From positions 582 through 64,581 of the forward strand of contig CAVBPJ010000005.1 of the NCBI GenBank assembly GCA_963597265.1: a DNA stretch of 64,000 nucleotides. Reading direction: 5' to 3'. Below the pieces are notes generated by a model. It saw only the letters and a list, made by a program, of their open reading frames with translations, did not search any database and was not told the origin of the DNA. Below are positions 10,840-20,700 of the stretch, piece by piece; the first letter of the stretch is position 1, and the number at the start of each line of letters is the position of its first letter. A program made the position numbers and the translations under genes. The stretch is from Evtepia sp. Lineage in GTDB: Bacteria; Bacillota; Clostridia; Lachnospirales; Lachnospiraceae.

Positions 10840-11258
10840 AACGTAACCCCCATATAAGAAATCAGTATAAACGGAATAAATGGAATAGTATCTTTTCTTC
10901 TTAACTTCTTTAATATCAGCAAAATCCCACATACAACGCACACAACCATCATTGCTCCAATAAATACTGATATTGCCTTACGAATTCCTATTACTAATGC
11001 CACTATACCAATGACAACTGCATCTGCTGCCCCAAGCATATGCGTTATTGCACATATTAATGCCACAGCAAGAGTACAACCTGTTATAATCAGTAATTCA
11101 TATATGTTAAACTCTGCCTTTCCACACATACTCTCTACTGCTCTTATTCCCACTGCAATAATCCCCATAATTATTAACATGCCAATATGAACTGACTTTC
11201 TTTTTATGTCTATAACTGACATAACAATTAATCCCGCCAGAATAATCACACTTCCCAT
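10830..11258 (-). CDS. A24 family prepilin peptidase (second copy)
   Basis: Polytopic membrane protein with SVIDIK and GAAD aspartates and a C-terminal IPFIPFI motif. Confidence 0.8.
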   Translation of the reverse strand: MGSVIILAGLIVMSVIDIKRKSVHIGMLIIMGIIAVGIRAVESMCGKAEFNIYELLIITGCTLAVALICAITHMLGAADAVVIGIVALVIGIRKAISVFIGAMMVVCVVCGILLILKKLRRKDTIPFIPFILISYMGVTLCG

Positions 11259-11281
11259 ATTCCCATATACCTCCTCTCAGA

Positions 11282-12052
11282 TTATGACCTGCTGCATTTC
11301 ATACAACACTCCATTCCTTGAACTTTATCTCTTTTTACCCTTAATATCGTCCTTTGCAATGTATAGCAATTAGCTGACATATGATACTTATCTCCATAAT
11401 CCGTATAGTACACAACCAACGATGTTCCGCTACACTGAGTGCACCTGTAGTATTTAGCACCCGAATCATTCCTTAATTCACCGATTCCTGACAAGCTTTC
11501 TGTCTTAATATCTCTTCTAAGATAAGTACATGCCACATCTGTATGATAGACTTCACCATATTGTGTTATATACACATACTCTGAATCCTCATCTGATTGT
11601 GAAGAGAATCCATCTTTATCCCTGCCCAGCCATATGTCTGTTATTCTTTCTTCGCGTACTGTAATACCTCTTCTGCCAAAGATGTTGAAAGGATTCTTTA
11701 TTGTGTACGCCAGTGATACACTGACTGTAGAGTCATCCTCGGCTATTCTCGAGCCATAAAAATTCCACCCCGCATTACCTCCTGCAATATAGTGCTTCCC
11801 CGCATAACCAGCCCCAACTTCATCTACAAAAATCGCAAAAAATGTAGACTCACTTATATCTCCCATAATCGCTTCATTTGCATATGAATATGTATTAAAT
11901 TTTCTAAGTGCATTATATAGTGCATCGTTCACATGTATTTTTATAGATATTACCTGTAAAAGAAACATAACCGTAGCAACAGCATATATGACCAACGGAA
12001 TTACAATAGCCGCTTCAACAGTTGCCGATGCAGGAATATATTTTTTGTTCAA
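11282..12052 (-). CDS. TadE-like pilin with Cys/His-rich C-terminal domain
   Basis: PA|SATVEAAIVIP with E at +5; C-terminal YITQYGEVYH..C, CTQC, YGDKYH..C and CCMKC. True start may lie upstream (see findings). Confidence 0.75.
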   Translation of the reverse strand: MNKKYIPASATVEAAIVIPLVIYAVATVMFLLQVISIKIHVNDALYNALRKFNTYSYANEAIMGDISESTFFAIFVDEVGAGYAGKHYIAGGNAGWNFYGSRIAEDDSTVSVSLAYTIKNPFNIFGRRGITVREERITDIWLGRDKDGFSSQSDEDSEYVYITQYGEVYHTDVACTYLRRDIKTESLSGIGELRNDSGAKYYRCTQCSGTSLVVYYTDYGDKYHMSANCYTLQRTILRVKRDKVQGMECCMKCSRS

Positions 12053-12166
12053 TTTATGGTTATCTTTTTTTATAATCTGACTACAACTCCTTTCATAATT
12101 ATCAATCCTGCATCCAACTGTAATTTAGAAGCAAATGCTGCTAAACCTAATTAAATATATAAACTG

Positions 12167-14263
12167 TTAAATATATGAACATCCGATTGACTGTATATAT
12201 AACTGCTTTCTTCCTGATAACTGGAATACTGCCTGACCTTTTGCACTGACAATATAATTCTTCATTCTGAAATCGTTATGCCCCATGCTTATCATTCTCA
12301 GTTCCATTGCCCCCATTGTCCTGTAGTTCCTATGTTCCTCACTTTCAATCAAAAGCAGCATCCTTATATATGCCTTATAATCAAGCCCGTCATTATCAGC
12401 TTCCTTATCTGATTCAAAGCGCATATTTAAGAGTCCTTCCAGCGATAACTTCCATGACTCATTACTTTTGAACAGCTTTATCTTCTTACCAGCATATATA
12501 TCACGCATATCCATAACTGCCTCTCCATATGCCCATATTGACATTATCAGATACTGTCCGCCCTTAATAAGTGCCATATTGCCGGTAAATCCCAAAGCAC
12601 TGGTTGCAAGTGTTAAAGCCTGCGCTTTCTTATTCTGATCTGTGATAAGATATGCCATATTCATACCCGTTCTTATTCCCGACAACTCAAGCATTGTCTG
12701 CTCCAGATTTTCTTTATCACTGTCTCTGCCACACAGAATATATTCGAGTGTATAATCAAGACAGTCAGCATCATTTGCAGATCCTTCAAGATAATCTGTA
12801 AAGCATTTAAATCTAGTCATCAGATACTCATTCATCAAAGCATCTTCTTTAACAGATTCTGCTATTGAATTACTGCCCTCATATTTTCCCGTCATATTAG
12901 TTGCAAGATCTGTATATGTAACTGTCTTCGATGATATATTGTCTGTATCCATTACAAGTGCCAGAATCCCATCAGTTATCATCTGTCTGACTTTCTTTAT
13001 AGCTGATAAACCTGAGGAATCCGAATCAAAATCTATCTGTGAATAATCGAATTTCATCCCCTTTGCCGATAAGCCATATAATGACTGCCTGCATTTAACA
13101 ACAAGTGCCATAATCTCCTGTCTGTTACTGTAAGAAAGCTCCTCATCCAGTTCATTGATAATATCCCGTACTCCACACATCACAACTTTATTTCTTTCAA
13201 GTGCAGTTGTTAGTTCTTCAACATTACATAACATTTTCTTATCAGTCTGGTTATCCTGCCTTATAATCTCAATATCTTCCAACAATCCTTTCCGCAGTTC
13301 ATCTCCCAATATATCTCTGTATGATATGACCTTCTCAACACAATTGCCCAGCTTGTCCTTTGCACCCGTCTTTGCATCCTCATATTCGCCAAGCAGCCTT
13401 AATGCCTCTTCTGTTTTATCTATTCCTCCATCAATAACAGCCTTTAACATTCCATAATTCTTTTTATAAAAATCTGCATACGAACTGATATCTCCGGAAT
13501 CTTTCATATCCTCTTTAACACCTTCTGCATTCTCATACATATCATCCAGTATCTTTGATACATCTATATAACCCGGTTGTGAAGCACTCACACTCTTATA
13601 AACTTTATCCTCATCAACATACACAGCCTCTTTAGAAACCGTTCCATTAACTGCTGATTTAACAAAATAATCAGACACAGCAACAGGTTCTCCTCTTCTT
13701 ATAACAATACCTGTCTCAGTTGTCTCAATCCCATCAACCAGTTCAATAAGGCGTAATGTTTTCATATCTGCATCCCACAGCATCTCTTCACATTCTGTTA
13801 TATCATCTGTTATTTCCTGCACCTTCTGTGATTTTTCCAGCTCAGCCTGTGACTGTTGCGATATTCCCAATATATCCCCGTATATTTCATATTGCATATA
13901 CATCGCAATCTCTTTCTTAAGATACATACCGCCATTATCAGTTATATGTTCTATGTTATCCACATTAATTCCCAATAAAGAAATGTCTTTTCCACACGAA
14001 GACAGATTTTTCTCAACATATTTCTCAATCTTAGCCTCTATTCTGTCATTATCTTCAAGAAGAAATATGTCAAATTCATTCAGCATATCATTATGATATG
14101 AAGAAAATGCTGCTTCTACTGATAACATACAGGCCTCTTTAATCTGCGTATTATAATAGCAATCTGATGCTGACCGTACACACGCGCATATCAAAGAAAG
14201 AATAATAGTCATGCTTAATGCTGCCATTATCGTTATATGTGCATTAATTCTTTTCTCCGACAC
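12167..14263 (-). CDS. Large Tad-associated pilin-like protein (DUF5702-like, TadG position)
   Basis: N-terminal pilin-type TM; LEYILCG..SD.ENL, WAYGEA and LDYKAYIRMLL motifs; GTG start after GGAGGA. Confidence 0.7.
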   Translation of the reverse strand: MSEKRINAHITIMAALSMTIILSLICACVRSASDCYYNTQIKEACMLSVEAAFSSYHNDMLNEFDIFLLEDNDRIEAKIEKYVEKNLSSCGKDISLLGINVDNIEHITDNGGMYLKKEIAMYMQYEIYGDILGISQQSQAELEKSQKVQEITDDITECEEMLWDADMKTLRLIELVDGIETTETGIVIRRGEPVAVSDYFVKSAVNGTVSKEAVYVDEDKVYKSVSASQPGYIDVSKILDDMYENAEGVKEDMKDSGDISSYADFYKKNYGMLKAVIDGGIDKTEEALRLLGEYEDAKTGAKDKLGNCVEKVISYRDILGDELRKGLLEDIEIIRQDNQTDKKMLCNVEELTTALERNKVVMCGVRDIINELDEELSYSNRQEIMALVVKCRQSLYGLSAKGMKFDYSQIDFDSDSSGLSAIKKVRQMITDGILALVMDTDNISSKTVTYTDLATNMTGKYEGSNSIAESVKEDALMNEYLMTRFKCFTDYLEGSANDADCLDYTLEYILCGRDSDKENLEQTMLELSGIRTGMNMAYLITDQNKKAQALTLATSALGFTGNMALIKGGQYLIMSIWAYGEAVMDMRDIYAGKKIKLFKSNESWKLSLEGLLNMRFESDKEADNDGLDYKAYIRMLLLIESEEHRNYRTMGAMELRMISMGHNDFRMKNYIVSAKGQAVFQLSGRKQLYIQSIGCSYI

Positions 14264-14279
14264 ATGTATCCTCCATCAA

Positions 14280-14471
14280 TCATATTTTATTAGCCTGATT
14301 AGTCATCTTTGAGAGAACAGAATTAACAAGGTCCGTTATCTGTTTCTTGAAAAGCACAACCAGTCCAACGAGGACAATCGTTATTAATACAACCTCAACA
14401 ACTCCCATTCCATCCTCATCATTCCAGAATTTCTTAGTTCCTCTCTTAATATTGTTCATTATATTATTCAT
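14280..14471 (-). CDS. flp: Flp1-family major pilin
   Basis: 63 aa; FWNDEDG|MGVVEVVLITIVLVGLVVLF class III signal peptide. Confidence 0.9.
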   Translation of the reverse strand: MNNIMNNIKRGTKKFWNDEDGMGVVEVVLITIVLVGLVVLFKKQITDLVNSVLSKMTNQANKI

Positions 14472-14530
14472 ATCCCCACAACCTTTCCTTTTACTAACTC
14501 ACCACATATTTCCAATTCGTTGTCCGCTCA

Positions 14531-15742
14531 CTACATACGAAAAGACCATATTGCCGGTATCATAATTATCATCATTACCGTTATAAGCATAAGCATCATT
14601 GGCATAAGAAGTCTGGTTGTTGCCTCTTCGCCCTTTACCCGCGCCATATTCTTTCTTTTCTCAAATGCATCTTCTGCTTCCTTTTCGAGCAGACTGCTAA
14701 GTTCCTTAGTACCTTTTCTGATATTGGTCTGCAATAGAGTTGCAAGCTTCATATATTCCCTTGTATCACAGCGTTTACCAAATTGCTCATATGCCTTAGT
14801 CTCTGGGATTCCCGCCTGTATGTTATAGTCAGTTTTACACATTTCCTCATATACAGGTCTTTTGATTTCTCCCCTTCCAGTCTTTTCTCTGTAATCAGAC
14901 ACTATCTTATGCCATGCCATTCTTGTTGTCATCCCTGCTTCCAGAAGCAGTGTCAGCTTGGATACAACTTCTGAATAGTCATATGTAAGTTCTCTTTTTC
15001 TTCTTGCAATCCGGTCATTTTCTTTTTTTCTGTCAGATATGACAACAACTGCTGCCGCAATTCCTCCAAGAATAAGAAATATTACTGGAGATACAGGTTT
15101 ATCCTGTTCCTCATATGTAACTTTTTCCCCATCTATATATTCCGGAAGATTAATATCTGTATCTGTCGGATTGTTATTAAGAACATCCTCTATTGCTTTT
15201 TCCACACGCACCTGTTTCCCAGCCTTGCCATTGTATTCCGGAGCATATACAGTTACAGATATCTCATATTCACTCCTGTAATCTTCATACTCCATAACAA
15301 GCTTAAGAGACACATCCCTGGATTCACCTTCATCAAAGCCTCTGTTATTGACCTTACCGTTATAATTAATCAACTGATAATCTGATGAATACCATGCAAG
15401 CTCAATTACCCCCGTCTTATCTTTCTCAGGCAATACAAGATCTCCAGTTACATAATCACAACTCTCATTATCCCCAAGCATGGTAACTATCACGTCCTCA
15501 TATGCCTTATCAAAACTTTCATACACTTCATCTGCTGACATTATTCTCGGATTAATTTCAAGATTAACAGACGCTATCTGCTGCCCATCCTCTCCTATTA
15601 CATCAACATATTTATTACTGGCATCCTCTCCCGGTTCAGGTCTCTTAATAACACCGTCAATTGCAGCCGGCATTCCCGACATACATACACTGATTATTGC
15701 CAGTGCAACACTGACAATAATAATAAGTGGTATTTTCCCCAT
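14531..15742 (-). CDS. tadC: TadC-like platform protein (T2SS-F domain) with extra Ig-like extracellular region
   Basis: LLLEAGM...GEEATTRLLMPMMLML C-terminus; LAWYSSD...G Ig-like segment. Confidence 0.8.
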   Translation of the reverse strand: MGKIPLIIIVSVALAIISVCMSGMPAAIDGVIKRPEPGEDASNKYVDVIGEDGQQIASVNLEINPRIMSADEVYESFDKAYEDVIVTMLGDNESCDYVTGDLVLPEKDKTGVIELAWYSSDYQLINYNGKVNNRGFDEGESRDVSLKLVMEYEDYRSEYEISVTVYAPEYNGKAGKQVRVEKAIEDVLNNNPTDTDINLPEYIDGEKVTYEEQDKPVSPVIFLILGGIAAAVVVISDRKKENDRIARRKRELTYDYSEVVSKLTLLLEAGMTTRMAWHKIVSDYREKTGRGEIKRPVYEEMCKTDYNIQAGIPETKAYEQFGKRCDTREYMKLATLLQTNIRKGTKELSSLLEKEAEDAFEKRKNMARVKGEEATTRLLMPMMLMLITVMMIIMIPAIWSFRM

Positions 15743-15746
15743 TTTC

Positions 15747-16445
15747 TTAAACTTCAATATTAACAATCCTCTTTGCCCACATATCAGAGATAACATACAC
15801 TATCAGACATACAGTCATAATAACTGCCCCATATACATTGCCATATAACGGCTGTATGAATTCAGCCGCAGTAAGCTTAAGGTATGCAACTATAGCAGCC
15901 GGTATTATGCTCATTACCTTCTGTTCCATCCTTTTACCACTAATAATCGTGTCTATCTCTGATAAAACCTCTTCCTTCTGCTGTATAATCTGCGTCGTAT
16001 TTCTGATAATTGATATCAAATCCCCTCCACTTCTCTTGGCATATCTGAATATCTCAGCAAAATATATGATATCTTCCACTTTACTTTCCTCTGCAAAATC
16101 CATAAATATATCCTCAATATTCTCGTTCTGACCAAGTCTTATAACAATATGTCTGAATTTAATAACAATATCTGACTCTCTGCCATATATCATTTCCAGC
16201 TCTCCTACTGCCTGCACAAATGCATTCTCTATCGAATAGCCTACATTTAACGCAAATGATACTGACATAATTCCATCTCTGAACTTCTTACGAAATTCAT
16301 TATTATCCTTCTTAACACGCTCCTTTTTTCTCTGCCTGTAATGCAGATATACGTATGGCGACAGTATAAGAGCCATTAATATATTTTCATAGAAGATATA
16401 TGCAGCAATACAGACAATCCCCATTCCCTCTGCTATATACCTCAC
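15747..16445 (-). CDS. tadB: TadB-like platform protein (T2SS-F domain)
   Basis: ALNVGYSIENAF, AKRSGGDL, C-terminal KRIVNIEV. Start uncertain (GTG 16445 chosen; the ORF-track start overlaps cpaF by 164 nt). Confidence 0.8.
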   Translation of the reverse strand: MRYIAEGMGIVCIAAYIFYENILMALILSPYVYLHYRQRKKERVKKDNNEFRKKFRDGIMSVSFALNVGYSIENAFVQAVGELEMIYGRESDIVIKFRHIVIRLGQNENIEDIFMDFAEESKVEDIIYFAEIFRYAKRSGGDLISIIRNTTQIIQQKEEVLSEIDTIISGKRMEQKVMSIIPAAIVAYLKLTAAEFIQPLYGNVYGAVIMTVCLIVYVISDMWAKRIVNIEV

Positions 16446-16452
16446 GTCGCTA

Positions 16453-17667
16453 TTACATATATCCGGCAGCCTTAAGTTTCCCGGTTCTGATAAGATTATT
16501 TTCCTGTCTGACAAGTTTTCCAAGTACTTTTCCATCCTTGTTCTGACCTGTTTCAACAAACTTGTATAATGGTGTAAGCGCAACTTCACCTCCGATATAA
16601 TCTCCAACCTCTGCAATCTGCACCACCTTCCTGCTTTTATCCCTTAATCTTGCCAGATGTACAACAATATCTATAGCTGACGATATCTGTGAACGGATTG
16701 CTGTTACTGGCATCTCCATCCCCATAAGTACCATTGTCTCAAGTCTTGTCATCATATCTTTTGGGCTGTTTCCATGCCCTGTTGACAGACTTCCGTCATG
16801 CCCTGTATTCATAGCCTGAAGCATATCTATTGCTTCTGCACCCCTGACTTCACCGACAACTATGCGGTCTGGTCTCATTCTGAGACTCGCTTTAATAAGG
16901 TCTCTTATCCCCACGGCATTGCATCCTTCCAGATTAGCCATCCTTGCTTCAAGCCTGACAAGATTACTGACATTATGAAGCTGTAATTCCGCTGAGTCTT
17001 CAATCGTCACCACTCTTTCATCTTGTGGAATATAATCTGACAACACATTTAAAAATGTTGTCTTACCACTTCCGGTGCCTCCTGATATGAAAATGTTATA
17101 TCTGCTCTTTACCAGTCTGCTTAAAAATTCCGCAGCTTCAGCCGTAATTGATTCAAGTTCAATAAGTCTCTCAATTGTAAGTGGCGTATCATAGAATTTT
17201 CTAATAGTTATTACAGGTCCATTAATAGCAATGGGCGGCAATACTATACTCACCCTTGAACCATCCGGTAATCTGGTATCTGCCACCGGTGATGCTTCAT
17301 TAACCATTCTGTTAGACATGGCTGCTATACGCTGTGCTACATCCGACAGTCTCTCACTACTCTCAAACTTCTTATCCCACTTTTCTATGTGGCCGCTCCG
17401 CTCTATAAAGATATTGTCGCTTCCATTTACCATAATCTCTGTTACGCTGTCATCCTCTAAAAGTTCCTGTAGAATATCGAGTTTCTTGATAGAATTATAA
17501 AGTCTCTTCTTTAACTCCTCCTTCTGCCTTATAGAGATTACAATATTACGGCTTTCCTCATATATGCATGTATCTATCACCTGATACAATTCACTGTCAG
17601 CAATATCCCTGCCTATATCGAGACGTTCATACACAAGTTTCCTTATCTTCATATATAGTTCTTCCAT
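16453..17667 (-). CDS. cpaF: CpaF/TadA pilus assembly ATPase
   Basis: EIMVNG, SGGTGSGKTT, TIEDSAEL, LRMRPDRIVVGEVRG, AMNTGHDG. Confidence 0.95.
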   Translation of the reverse strand: MEELYMKIRKLVYERLDIGRDIADSELYQVIDTCIYEESRNIVISIRQKEELKKRLYNSIKKLDILQELLEDDSVTEIMVNGSDNIFIERSGHIEKWDKKFESSERLSDVAQRIAAMSNRMVNEASPVADTRLPDGSRVSIVLPPIAINGPVITIRKFYDTPLTIERLIELESITAEAAEFLSRLVKSRYNIFISGGTGSGKTTFLNVLSDYIPQDERVVTIEDSAELQLHNVSNLVRLEARMANLEGCNAVGIRDLIKASLRMRPDRIVVGEVRGAEAIDMLQAMNTGHDGSLSTGHGNSPKDMMTRLETMVLMGMEMPVTAIRSQISSAIDIVVHLARLRDKSRKVVQIAEVGDYIGGEVALTPLYKFVETGQNKDGKVLGKLVRQENNLIRTGKLKAAGYM

Positions 17668-18671
17668 TATATTTCTCCAGTTTCAATTAAAGAGCTTAAT
17701 TCATCGTAGAAGCTGCAGAAAGGCAGTCTGCTCCACATATCCGGATTAAGAACACCATCTTCCACTCTTACCCTGACCTTCTTAAATGCACTGACAATAT
17801 TGTTCATTCCCCGCTCCATTGCCATATTTTCAAAGTTTCTGACTTTAGCCTGTTCTATATAATTATCACCGTCACAGACATATATCTCATCAAAGCAGTC
17901 CATCATGTTCCATGGCATTCTCAGCCCATCACCTATGTCGACCACAATATATGAATAACCAAGCTCCCTTCCAACTCCCTGGATAAATGTTCCAAGTTCC
18001 TCTGCTTTTATGTCATCTATATCATCTGCACACGACGCATCAGGTATGTAATCAAGCCTGTCATAATGACTTATTGCATTAACAATATTCTTATGAAACT
18101 GGTTATGATTCTGTCTGAACGCATATAAAGCATCTGAAAGATTCTGCTCCTCCTCTCCTTTTAATATTCCTTTAAATCCGCCAAATGTCTCAAAATTCAT
18201 GAATAATGTATTACACTTTTCTGACAGCAGCTTTGCAGCTGCCAGTGACAATACCATCCGTGATGTATTGTTAAATCCATACACACCAACTACCTTAAGA
18301 CTTCCTCTTCTCTGGTTAATTTCTCTCTTTTCATATCTCATTACCGACTGAAGGAGCTGGTATGAAGGCTGATATTTGCATATGCCAACCAGCCCCCTCT
18401 CATCTTTAGAATTGATTTCGTCGGCATCCTGTTCTTCCTCACACAACACAACTGTCTTATTTCCCGTTCTTGTCGCATCATACTCATATGCACCTTCGCA
18501 TATCATAAGCATGTCCGCCTTCTTCTCCTGCAGATACTTATCAAGTTCCTGCTCCTGTGTAAACACCTGTGCATTATAAGGAATATCATTATCATCGTTA
18601 ATTACTGACATCAGACGCTTTGCATAATTCTCATCTGAATCGTATATAACACAAATGTTATTCCTCCCCAT
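17667..18671 (-). CDS. CpaE/TadZ-like protein (pseudo-receiver plus degenerate ParA/MinD ATPase)
   Basis: Receiver-like N-terminus (IYDSDENY), KYQP linker, LSDALY, YIVVDIG; Walker A degenerate (GFNNTSR). Confidence 0.7.
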   Translation of the reverse strand: MGRNNICVIYDSDENYAKRLMSVINDDNDIPYNAQVFTQEQELDKYLQEKKADMLMICEGAYEYDATRTGNKTVVLCEEEQDADEINSKDERGLVGICKYQPSYQLLQSVMRYEKREINQRRGSLKVVGVYGFNNTSRMVLSLAAAKLLSEKCNTLFMNFETFGGFKGILKGEEEQNLSDALYAFRQNHNQFHKNIVNAISHYDRLDYIPDASCADDIDDIKAEELGTFIQGVGRELGYSYIVVDIGDGLRMPWNMMDCFDEIYVCDGDNYIEQAKVRNFENMAMERGMNNIVSAFKKVRVRVEDGVLNPDMWSRLPFCSFYDELSSLIETGEI

Positions 18672-18692
18672 TATTTACCTCCCCTTAAATAT

Positions 18693-19166
18693 TCATAAAA
18701 CCACAACAACTCTGTATCCCAACACAACAACATATCCAATCAGAACCGCAACCGCATAATGAAATCCGTGTCCTTGTATCCCCGTACTTCCAACTCTGAC
18801 CAGACTGGTCTTTTTAAAACACAACTCAACAATTCCTGTAAGAAGTCCTGCGATAAGCGACACAACAATAAGCTGTACCACGAATTCTAATCCTGTCAGC
18901 ATCCCAATCACTGCAAAAAGCTTCACATCTCCCGCACCGACAGCCCTGATTATATAAAGAAGCATCATTCCTGCTAATCCCGCCAGGGTGCCAAGTATGT
19001 AGTCCCTTATATCCTCACCTGCCAATCCTCTTATAACAAGTATTCCTGTTCCCACAATTAATCCTGTTATAATCAGATGATTCGGTATTCTGAAAGCTTT
19101 TACGTCTTCCCTCACTGACCATATAATGAATACCAGTGCAATAACTACTGATATAACGTATGGCAC
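18693..19166 (-). CDS. A24 family prepilin peptidase (TadV/CpaA-like)
   Basis: EDVKAFRIPN and GAGDVKL catalytic aspartates; GAGGAGGT RBS. Confidence 0.9.
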   Translation of the reverse strand: MPYVISVVIALVFIIWSVREDVKAFRIPNHLIITGLIVGTGILVIRGLAGEDIRDYILGTLAGLAGMMLLYIIRAVGAGDVKLFAVIGMLTGLEFVVQLIVVSLIAGLLTGIVELCFKKTSLVRVGSTGIQGHGFHYAVAVLIGYVVVLGYRVVVVL

Positions 19167-19271
19167 GTATCCACCTCCTCAAAAAAACATGTATAGAATT
19201 ACCATTTACTGCCTATACTTCTAACAAAGGCATATGATGCCCCTAATCTTGAATATTAAGGAGTAATTCTA

Positions 19272-19502
19272 TTGAAAATGTTTGGTAAAAAAAAGAGTCC
19301 TGCTACATATGATGAAAAATATCTGTTACAGGAACTTATGATGACTAAAAAGGCAATGTATACTGCCTATTCTAATCTTGATAATGTTACTGATCCTGAC
19401 CTGATAGACTGTTATATCTACCAGCTTAATTCAGAACAGAAACGGTACAATTACCTTCTTGCGAAGGCAAAAGAATCTCAGTTATCCACGTCTGGATTCT
19501 GA
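19272..19502 (+). CDS. yaaL: YaaL / DUF2508 family protein
   Basis: NVTDPDLIDCYIYQLNSEQKRYNYLL; AAGGAG RBS. Confidence 0.85.
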   Translation: MKMFGKKKSPATYDEKYLLQELMMTKKAMYTAYSNLDNVTDPDLIDCYIYQLNSEQKRYNYLLAKAKESQLSTSGF

Positions 19503-19531
19503 TTCTATAAGAATTGTTGTGTTGTACAGAT

Positions 19532-19560
19532 ACTATATATTCTATTCAATAAATTGTCAA
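19532..19560 (-). promoter_or_regulatory. Near-consensus sigma-A promoter facing yaaL (antisense) and the tad operon
   Basis: Minus strand TTGACA (19560-19555), 17 nt, TATAGT (19537-19532). Confidence 0.65.
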
Positions 19561-19603
19561 TACCTTTTCTATATTTTTATTTAGAAAATCATACGAATTC
19601 TAA

Positions 19604-19632
19604 TTGACATTTCGTTAAAGCTAATATACCAT
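19604..19632 (+). promoter_or_regulatory. Sigma-A promoter of the GH25 gene
   Basis: TTGACA, 17 nt, TACCAT. Confidence 0.6.
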
Positions 19633-19692
19633 TTATACAAGAAATACTTTTTATGAATAACTCATAATTAACTATTATAGAGGTGATACACT

Positions 19693-20700
19693 ATGAAATC
19701 CAAGAAAACCAATCCATTTGTAATAACAACTTTAATATTCTTTATGACAACAGTAATGTTTGGTCTGCTGACCACCGGTGTTATTATGAAGTACAGAAAA
19801 GCAACTGTTACAACTAATACTGATAAGCTTAGCGATGAAGAAATAGAAAAGCTAAAGTCTGAAGAGAAAGAGGATCTTCTTTCTGATATGAAGTTAAGAT
19901 TCACTAACGGAGAAGGTTCTCTTTCAATATTAAAAAGTTATTTTCCTGACAATATCGTATATGTGAATAATAAGAACCAGTATGTATTCGCACAGATACT
20001 TCCTGAACTTGCCAAGAATAATTATAAGGACGAGAATTTCAAGCAGGACGACAATGGCATTATTACATACAACGAAGATGGTAAGGTTACAACACATATG
20101 GGTGTTGACGCTTCCAAGTTTCAGGGAAATATTGACTTTAAGAAATTAAAAGAACAGGGCGTAGAATTTGCCATGTTAAGATGCGGATTCAGAAGCTATG
20201 GCAACGGAATTCTGAATACTGATTCTTCATTTGGTACATTTGCAAAAGACGCAATCAAGAATGATATCAAGATTGGTGCATACTTCTTCTCATCTGCGAT
20301 TACGAAAGAAGAAGCTATAGAAGAGGCTGATTATGTCCTTAACATTATCAAGCCTTACAAGATTACATATCCTGTAGTTATTGACTTCGAAGAAATCTCA
20401 GGGGATTCTTACAGACAGGAGAATCTGTCTGAGCAGGAACTTACAGACATAATAATCACATTCTGCGATAAGATAGAAAAAGCAGGCTATAAGCCAATGA
20501 TATATTCCAACCTGAAAGGATTCGTTGGAAGACTTGACCTTACCCGCTTAGAAAAATATGAGAAGTGGTTTGCCTACTATTCAGACACACCTTACTTCCC
20601 ATACGAATTCTCTATGTGGCAGTACACTGAATCTGCCAAGTTAGACGGTGTCAGTGGTAATACCATAGATCTTAATATTAGTTTTAAAGATTACAATTAA
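19693..20700 (+). CDS. Membrane-anchored glycoside hydrolase family 25 (muramidase)
   Basis: GVDASKFQG, GAYFFS, PVVIDFE, MWQYT, DLNI; N-terminal TM. Confidence 0.92.
   Translation: MKSKKTNPFVITTLIFFMTTVMFGLLTTGVIMKYRKATVTTNTDKLSDEEIEKLKSEEKEDLLSDMKLRFTNGEGSLSILKSYFPDNIVYVNNKNQYVFAQILPELAKNNYKDENFKQDDNGIITYNEDGKVTTHMGVDASKFQGNIDFKKLKEQGVEFAMLRCGFRSYGNGILNTDSSFGTFAKDAIKNDIKIGAYFFSSAITKEEAIEEADYVLNIIKPYKITYPVVIDFEEISGDSYRQENLSEQELTDIIITFCDKIEKAGYKPMIYSNLKGFVGRLDLTRLEKYEKWFAYYSDTPYFPYEFSMWQYTESAKLDGVSGNTIDLNISFKDYN

Noticed and set aside
16446..16616. N-terminal extension of TadB given by the ORF track
   Set aside because: Overlaps the cpaF C-terminus by 164 nt and lacks an RBS; a start near the cpaF stop is more plausible.
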